Assembly: GCA_963724285.1 (NCBI GenBank)
Contig: CAVRUD010000016.1
Coordinates: 21,676 to 85,675 of the forward strand
DNA length: 64,000 nt
Reading direction: 5' to 3'
From: an uncultured Chloroflexia bacterium
Lineage (GTDB): Bacteria; Chloroflexota; Chloroflexia; Thermomicrobiales; UBA6265
The notes beneath the pieces were generated by a model that was given only the letters and a program-made list of their open reading frames with translations, had not been told where the DNA came from and did not search any database. This document shows positions 58,406-64,000 of this stretch, in pieces. The stretch's first letter is position 1; each line of letters opens with the position of its first letter. The translations under genes were made by a program, and so were the position numbers.

Positions 58406-58883
58406 CCCGAGCGGGCGGCTGCGGTAGGTGATCGCTCGGGGCGGCGGGGCAGCCGCATCAGCGGCCGTCGTCTACGCGCGGGCCTCGCGGTGGGGCATTA
58501 CCTTTTCGACTGCGGCGTCTCGCCGCCCCCGCTCGGGCCGCCCGCTGTGCAGCATTCGCCGATCTTGACTTGCGGGACGGCGATTGGTGGGACGGGGTCC
58601 ATGATTCGGCCACAGCACAATCCCACCGCACCGGCCCACGTGGCGCGGCGCACGCGGGACAGTGGGTCGTGTCTGCGCAGGCGACAGGATCGTTCTGGTG
58701 CTTGCCATTGCGCCGGTTCTCTGGTACGTACACCGACACCCGCGTCGTTTCCGCTCCGCTCCGCCGAGGCCCTCGGGGCCGATCGCCGCATGGGTCTCGG
58801 GAGAGCGGCAGCGCGACCGTCCGCGACGCCGGGTGGCCGGTTCGACGGTTGACCCGTTCGCCGGGACCGAGAAGGGGGGCACG

Positions 58884-59945
58884 ATGATCCATCCTCCGCG
58901 CACGCGCACCGGGCGGCGCGCCCCGACGAACGGCCCAGGACCCCGCGCGCCCGTCGGCGCACGGCGCGGGATCCTGGCGGGGCTGCTCGCCGCGTCGGTG
59001 CTCCTTGCCGGAGCCGGGCTCGGGGCAACGCCCGATCGGGCCGACGACCTCCCCGCGATCCTCCACCCACTCCTCGGGTCGACGCCCGCCGAGGCTCCTT
59101 CTCCGGGAACCCCGGCTATCCTGCTCGTCGCCGGCGACATCGCCGAGTCGGGCGGCGCCCAGGCGCACACCGCCGCGATCATCAATGGCCGACCGGGAAC
59201 CGTGCAGACCCTGGGCGACAACGCCTACGAGTCCGGGAGCGCGTTGGACTACGCGACCTACTACCAACCGACCTGGGGCATCTTCAAGGACCGCACCCAC
59301 CCCGCGCCCGGCAACCACGAGTACGAGACCAACGGGGACGGGGCAAGCGGCTACTACGGCTACTTCGGGGACGCCGCCACGCCCCTGGACCCCGGCTGCC
59401 CCGCCCACTGCCTCGGGTACTACGCCTACGACCTGGGGGACTGGCACGTGGTCGTCCTCAACAGCGAGTGCTTCCGTGACGCGAACCCGAATGTCCCAAA
59501 CCGCTGTGCCGCCGGTTCGCCGCAGGAGCGGTGGCTCAGGGCCGAGTTGGCCGCCCACCCCGGCTGCCAGATCGTCGCCACCCACCACCCGCGCTGGTCC
59601 TCAGACGGCACTCACGGGAACGACCGGCAGATGCAGGCCTTCTGGCAGGCCGCGGCCGACGCTGGCGTCGAGTTGTACCTCGTCGGCCACGCCCACGACT
59701 ACGAGCGCTTCGCCCCGATGGACGGCAGCGGCACCGCCAGCCCCACGGGGGTGCGCGAGATCGTCGTCGGCACCGGCGGCGCCGACCTCTTCCCCTTCGA
59801 CCACGTCGTTGCCAACAGCGAGGTCCGCAACAGCACCGCCCACGGGGTGCTGGAACTGACGCTGTACCCCGACCACTACGAGTGGCGCTTCCTGCCCGTG
59901 GCGGGGCAGAGCTTCACCGACGCCGGCGAAGGCACCTGCCACTGA
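58884..59945 (+). CDS. secreted metallophosphoesterase
   Basis: VAGDIAE...LGDNAYE...PGNHEY...ATHHPRWSS...VGHAHDYER. The N-terminus is Arg-rich and signal-like. Confidence 0.8.
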   Translation: MIHPPRTRTGRRAPTNGPGPRAPVGARRGILAGLLAASVLLAGAGLGATPDRADDLPAILHPLLGSTPAEAPSPGTPAILLVAGDIAESGGAQAHTAAIINGRPGTVQTLGDNAYESGSALDYATYYQPTWGIFKDRTHPAPGNHEYETNGDGASGYYGYFGDAATPLDPGCPAHCLGYYAYDLGDWHVVVLNSECFRDANPNVPNRCAAGSPQERWLRAELAAHPGCQIVATHHPRWSSDGTHGNDRQMQAFWQAAADAGVELYLVGHAHDYERFAPMDGSGTASPTGVREIVVGTGGADLFPFDHVVANSEVRNSTAHGVLELTLYPDHYEWRFLPVAGQSFTDAGEGTCH

Positions 59946-60040
59946 GCGGCAGGCGGCATCGCACGCTTCCCCTCAGCGTGATGTCTTCATGGCAGAACCT
60001 GGTGCACCGCGTGGGCGGGCGAGGGACGGGCGGTCGAGCG

Positions 60041-60362
60041 TTACGTGACCCGGGGTCCTCGCCCGCCGTCGCCGCCACCAGGTCCGTGCCCAGCTCGGCC
60101 TCCGTGCACAGCGCCTCAGCTTGCCGATCGCCCCCGCCGCCGACGGGGTGGCCCCGCATCGCCGCGATCGTCTCCATGCTCGGCCACGGCCCGAAGGAGG
60201 AGAACGGGCGCGGGTCGTCGACGCCGCGCAGCAGGGTGCCCCAGCGCGGCGGGGCCTTCAGGGCCAGGAAGACGGCGGCCAGCTCGTGCCAGGCCGCGAC
60301 GAAGGCCTCCTCCTGGCCCGGCGCGACGCGCCAGCGGCGAGGGGTAGGGCTGATCTCGCCAT
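60041..60362 (-). pseudogene. ABM-like monooxygenase remnant with several frameshifts
   Basis: RRWRVAPGQEEAFVAAWHELAAVF...PFSSFGPWPSMETIAAMR. The ATG at 60360-60362 is out of frame by 1. The patch GGGGDRQA reads AAGAIGKL in another frame. Confidence 0.4.
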
Positions 60363-60849
60363 CGCTGCTCCTCCAGGACTGAGAACCGCGGCCGACCGCC
60401 GGGGTGAGCGCCCCGGCGTGGCCCCCTCCACTCTACGGCATCCGGGGCGGTTCCGGAGCGGAGGGCCCCAGAATCAGGCGCAGGCAGACAAGGAGGGCCT
60501 GCCCCAACGGGTCGTGACTTCTCACTAAGGCTGATCTGGTGGAACAACGGGCGGTTGTGGAGGCGGGGAGGAGAGCATGGAGGCATACCCATCGATCGGG
60601 TGGAGCGCCCAGTTGATCATGCCGAGGATCGGCTTGACGCCAACCAGCAGGTCGGCGGCATCGATGTCGGCGCATCGTGAACCGTCGCGAGCGTGACCGG
60701 GATCGGGGAAGGTGCCCGAGAACAGATCCCTTTCGGCTTGACGCCGGCGCCATCCGCAAGGTCGGGATCGCCGGCGTCGAGAGCGAGCGGGTGAGCGGTA
60801 GGATGGAATGAACCGGCGCCGTGCCGACGGCCTGGAGAGGAGGTCCATC

Positions 60850-61371
60850 ATGCTGATCAGCCCCAAGATGAACGACGCCATCAACGAGCAGATCGGTCAC
60901 GAGTTCGCGGCGATGCTCCAGTACGTGGCGATCGCCACCTACTTCGACGGCGAGGCGCTGCCGACGCTGGCCCGCCACTTCTACCGGCAGGCGGAGGAGG
61001 AGCGCGAGCACGCGATGCGCTTCGTCAAGTACGTCGTCGACGCCGGCGGCAAGGTCGCCATCCCGGCGATACCGGCGGTCAAGAGCGGGTTTCGCGCGGC
61101 GGAGGAGGCGGTCAAGCTGTCGCTCGAGCGGGAGCTGACCGTCACCAAGCAGATCAACGGCTTGATGGACCAGGCGATCACGGAGAACGACCACACCACG
61201 CGGAACACGCTGGCGTGGTTCGTCGAGGAGCAGCTGGAGGAGGTCTCCAGCATGGAGACCCTGCTGCGGATGGTCCAGCGCGCCGGCGAGGCCGGGCTGC
61301 TGTTCGTCGAGAACTACCTGGCGCACGGCCAGGGAGCCCATCACGCCGAGCCGGTCGCCGAGCAGGCGTAG
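60850..61371 (+). CDS. ferritin (non-haem)
   Basis: GGAGAGGAGG SD. MNDAINEQIGHEFAAMLQYVAIATYF...EEEREHAMRFVKYV. Confidence 0.85.
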   Translation: MLISPKMNDAINEQIGHEFAAMLQYVAIATYFDGEALPTLARHFYRQAEEEREHAMRFVKYVVDAGGKVAIPAIPAVKSGFRAAEEAVKLSLERELTVTKQINGLMDQAITENDHTTRNTLAWFVEEQLEEVSSMETLLRMVQRAGEAGLLFVENYLAHGQGAHHAEPVAEQA

Positions 61372-61749
61372 GGCGCGGCCGCCACCGGCGCGGCCTGACA
61401 ATAGAGATCGACCGAAGATCGGTACGCTTGTCACATGGAGTGGACACCCTCCTCGGACCAAATCCCCTTGCTCCCGATCGACGTCTTGGGGCTATCCACG
61501 CCGCGCCGTTTCACGGAGGAGCCCGGCAGGGCCATACACCGGAATAGCTTTGTTTGAGTAAACGGTCGCGTCACCTCGTTGGGTCCTTAATACAATCGCC
61601 CTGCCATCCTTGATGCCGTCAACGAAGCCTGGGATTGGCTCGTACTCCAACGGCCTGATGGTGGGCGCCGGTGGTGAGTTGCGGACACCATCGGGGGGTC
61701 TGGAGGGCTACCGGGGAATTTCTACGAAAAGGCGCGCGCTCACGCCTCG

Positions 61750-62435
61750 CCACGACTTCCTGGCTCTCCCGCGTTCTCGGTGAAGCGGTCGACCTGTTGG
61801 GGCGGCGGTGGTCGGACGACCCCAACCGCTTGTGGTCCAAGCCCGCCTTTCACCAGCAGTGCGGAAGTGGCAGGATGTCGCGGCGAGGCGTGCCGGCCCC
61901 GGCCCGACGGGGCTACGAGGTGGATGCCTTCGAGCCGTCGGGGCCGCTGGTCGCCGGTGTGGCGAGGCACATCCCTGAGGGTCTCCAACTCACGGCCTAC
62001 CGGGCCAACGACGCGGATCTCGCCCATCTCGCGCCCACCCTGCCGGGAGGAGAAGCCGCCGACCTCACTACCCTGCCCCGGTTCGACCCTGCGTACCTGG
62101 ACCTGGGTAGCCTGTCGCACCTCCTCTCAGAGCAACGGCAGGTCGCGGCCCTGCGGGCGATTTCCGCCTTCACCGATGGGCCAGGGCTGATTAGCTTCCG
62201 CACCGATCCCCACGCCGTCGGCGAGGCCCGCTCACAACTGGAGCAACTCAAGCGCCGCCTCTCCGGGCGCAACACAGTCACGGCAACTACTTCCACATGC
62301 AGATCGGCTTTTACCAGGCCTTTTGGCGGGAGCAGTTGGGATCGGCCCTTCGCCCAGGCGGGATCAACCGTCGAAAAGCTCGACCCGGCGGATTCGTCTG
62401 GGCTCTGGGGGCACGCCGTATTCAGCAAACGGTAG
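61750..62435 (+). pseudogene. decayed SAM-dependent methyltransferase-like gene
   Basis: CGSGR...RRGYEVDAFEPSGPLV; the later part switches frame (YFHMQIGFYQAFWREQLG...). Boundaries are uncertain. Confidence 0.35.
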
Positions 62436-62626
62436 CAGGGTCCGGATCGCCGTTCCACCAATCCTGCCCGGCGGAATACGTCAATTGGCACACGCGAATC
62501 GGTGTGCGGATACGGATTCTTTCACATGGGTGGGGCCACGACCCTTGGCCGCTACCTGGGATGATCACGTACCGGTGCTGGTCGGTTCTTCTATGGAGTC
62601 CGCGACGTTGACCCTCTCTCACCCCC

Positions 62627-63469
62627 ATGATCCCCCGCTTCGCGTCACTCGTGACCGGCGTCACACTTCCGTACGTTGAATTCGGTGATCCAGAAGGAAT
62701 CCCGGTCGTCTTTCTGCACGGCTACACCGACTCCTGGCGGTCGTTCGAGCCGATGCTGCCGTACCTCCCGGCGGAGCTCCGGGCCATTGCCCTGACCATG
62801 CGTGGCCATGGCGACGCCGATCGGCCCGCGACCGGGTACGGCCAGGATGCCTTCGCCGTGGACGTCGCCGCCTTCCTTACCGCGCTGAACCTGGACCAGG
62901 CGGTCATCGTCGGGCACTCGATGGGCAGCAGCGTGGCCCAGCGGCTTCGTCGATCTCCACTATCTGGGGCGCTGCCGCGGTCTGGTGGTGACGACCGGGC
63001 CTCAACGATGTGGGCCAGCAACCCGGGCGTCATGGCAGCCAGCGCGTTCATCGCCAGCATGGAGGACCCGGTCGACCCCGCCTTCGTTCAAGAGTTCCAG
63101 GCAAGTACCGTCGCTCGCCCGGTGCCGCATTCGCTCATCGCGACCGCCGTCGCGGAGAGCCTGCGGGTACCGGCCCGGGTCTGGCGCGAGGCCCTGGCGA
63201 GCCACATAGAAGCCGACTACACCGCCGAACTCGGCAGTATCACAGGCCCGACCCTGCTGCTGGCGGGAGGTCGGGACGATCTGACGCCGTACGACGCGCA
63301 GCTCGTCCTTCAGGACCTGATTCCCGGCGCCCGCCTGATCATCTACCCAGACGGAGGACATGCCTTCCATTGGGAGGACCCAGCCCAGGTCGCGGCCGAC
63401 ATCGCGACCTTTGTCCGGGCACTCCCCGAGAGCACGGCCGCGCCAGGGTCCGTCCTGTACAACGGATAG
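62627..63469 (+). CDS. alpha/beta hydrolase with a compensated out-of-frame patch (about 62944-63010)
   Basis: VVFLHGYTDSW...VIVGHSMGSSVAQ. The patch reads GFVDLHYLGRCRGLVVTTGP (family-like) only in another frame. Confidence 0.8.
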   Translation: MIPRFASLVTGVTLPYVEFGDPEGIPVVFLHGYTDSWRSFEPMLPYLPAELRAIALTMRGHGDADRPATGYGQDAFAVDVAAFLTALNLDQAVIVGHSMGSSVAQRLRRSPLSGALPRSGGDDRASTMWASNPGVMAASAFIASMEDPVDPAFVQEFQASTVARPVPHSLIATAVAESLRVPARVWREALASHIEADYTAELGSITGPTLLLAGGRDDLTPYDAQLVLQDLIPGARLIIYPDGGHAFHWEDPAQVAADIATFVRALPESTAAPGSVLYNG

Positions 63470-63488
63470 CACAGCGGCAAACGGGCTC

Positions 63489-63525
63489 GGTGCCCCGGTT
63501 GGCAGCGGTAGCCAACCGGGGCACC
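63489..63525 (+). terminator. strong stem-loop after the hydrolase gene
   Basis: GGTGCCCCGGTTGGC agcggta GCCAACCGGGGCACC, a perfect 15-bp stem 20 nt after the stop. No clear T-tract follows. Confidence 0.45.
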
Positions 63526-63638
63526 GGGTTCTCTGATTAGCAAGGGTGGGACGCACATCCCGATCGCAGACCAGATGGACGCGCTAGAGCGCTCGTGGGA
63601 ATGGTTGACCGCGTGTTCCCGGCCGCCCAGGGCTCACA

Positions 63639-63682
63639 GGCCCAAGGTTGGCCCAGGGTTGGCCCAGGGTTGGCCCGGGCTG
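63639..63682 (+). repeat. 11-bp tandem repeat x4 (GGCCCARGGTT)
   Basis: Read directly: ggcccaaggtt ggcccagggtt ggcccagggtt ggcccgggctg. Confidence 0.8.
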
Positions 63683-64000
63683 GGAGCCCGACAGCCGCTC
63701 CGAGGCGCGCGGCGACGGCGGCAAAGGTTTTCAGTGGTAGCGCATTAGTCCCGTCCAGGTGTCGACTTCCATCGAGGACAATCCGCATGGGCAGACCTGG
63801 TTTCGGGGGAGATCGCTGGCTCCCCAGGTTGACCTCGTAGCTTTGACAGGTGGATATGCGAAGAAGATAGGTTCGTCCCGGCCCAAGACAAGCACGCCGC
63901 GTCCTCTGGACAATCAGGCTCCGGGCGGACGCAAATTGGTTCGTTGCCCGAGCCAGGCACGCTCGCCCGGCGCGGTCCGTCGATCACGTCACAGTTGAGG

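Noticed and set aside
58405-58884. 480-bp gap with many overlapping ORFs upstream of the metallophosphoesterase
   Set aside because: No frame gives a family-like product. It is treated as a leader or promoter region.
63745-63998. ORFs at the right edge of the window (63745-63987 minus strand, 63759-63998 plus strand)
   Set aside because: They overlap each other on opposite strands, have no recognisable family, and have lower GC3. The evidence is insufficient.

Overview
High-GC (roughly 65-70% by eye) bacterial chromosomal segment. The lineage is a guess: GTAG-headed GC-rich hairpin repeats and the gene content suggest Chloroflexota/Thermomicrobia or an actinobacterium-like organism. I support about 55 protein-coding loci. 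They include a coxS-L-M type molybdo-flavoenzyme, a methylcrotonyl-CoA carboxylase/enoyl-CoA hydratase (mcc/liu) set, a YjhG/YagF-like sugar-acid dehydratase, a GH13 trehalose-synthase-like enzyme, a copper cluster, prs, an amidase, ferritin, several transporters and regulators, and many small accessory genes. I found no rRNA, tRNA or CRISPR array. Three things stand out. (1) Small mobile or palindromic DNA is very dense. It includes one IS5-family IS with two cognate TTA-flanked MITEs, a 97-bp TIR element present twice, GTAG-headed REP/REPIN-like hairpins at four or more loci, and several IR-bounded units of 121-155 bp. It also includes an 890-bp, roughly 85% GC cassette bounded by 23-bp inverted repeats that resembles no IS I know. 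(2) There are several toxin-antitoxin modules: vapBC, hicAB, a decayed vapBC, and a HEPN Rx4H protein paired with an acidic non-canonical partner. One of them, together with a PNK-like P-loop kinase, sits inside the mcc operon. (3) At least 15 loci need one or more frameshifts to restore family-typical proteins. Three of these have short compensated out-of-frame patches. This is either poor base-calling or real gene decay, and I cannot tell which from this window. Many long ORFs in the track are antisense or shadow ORFs caused by high GC and are not reported. Start codons are approximate throughout.
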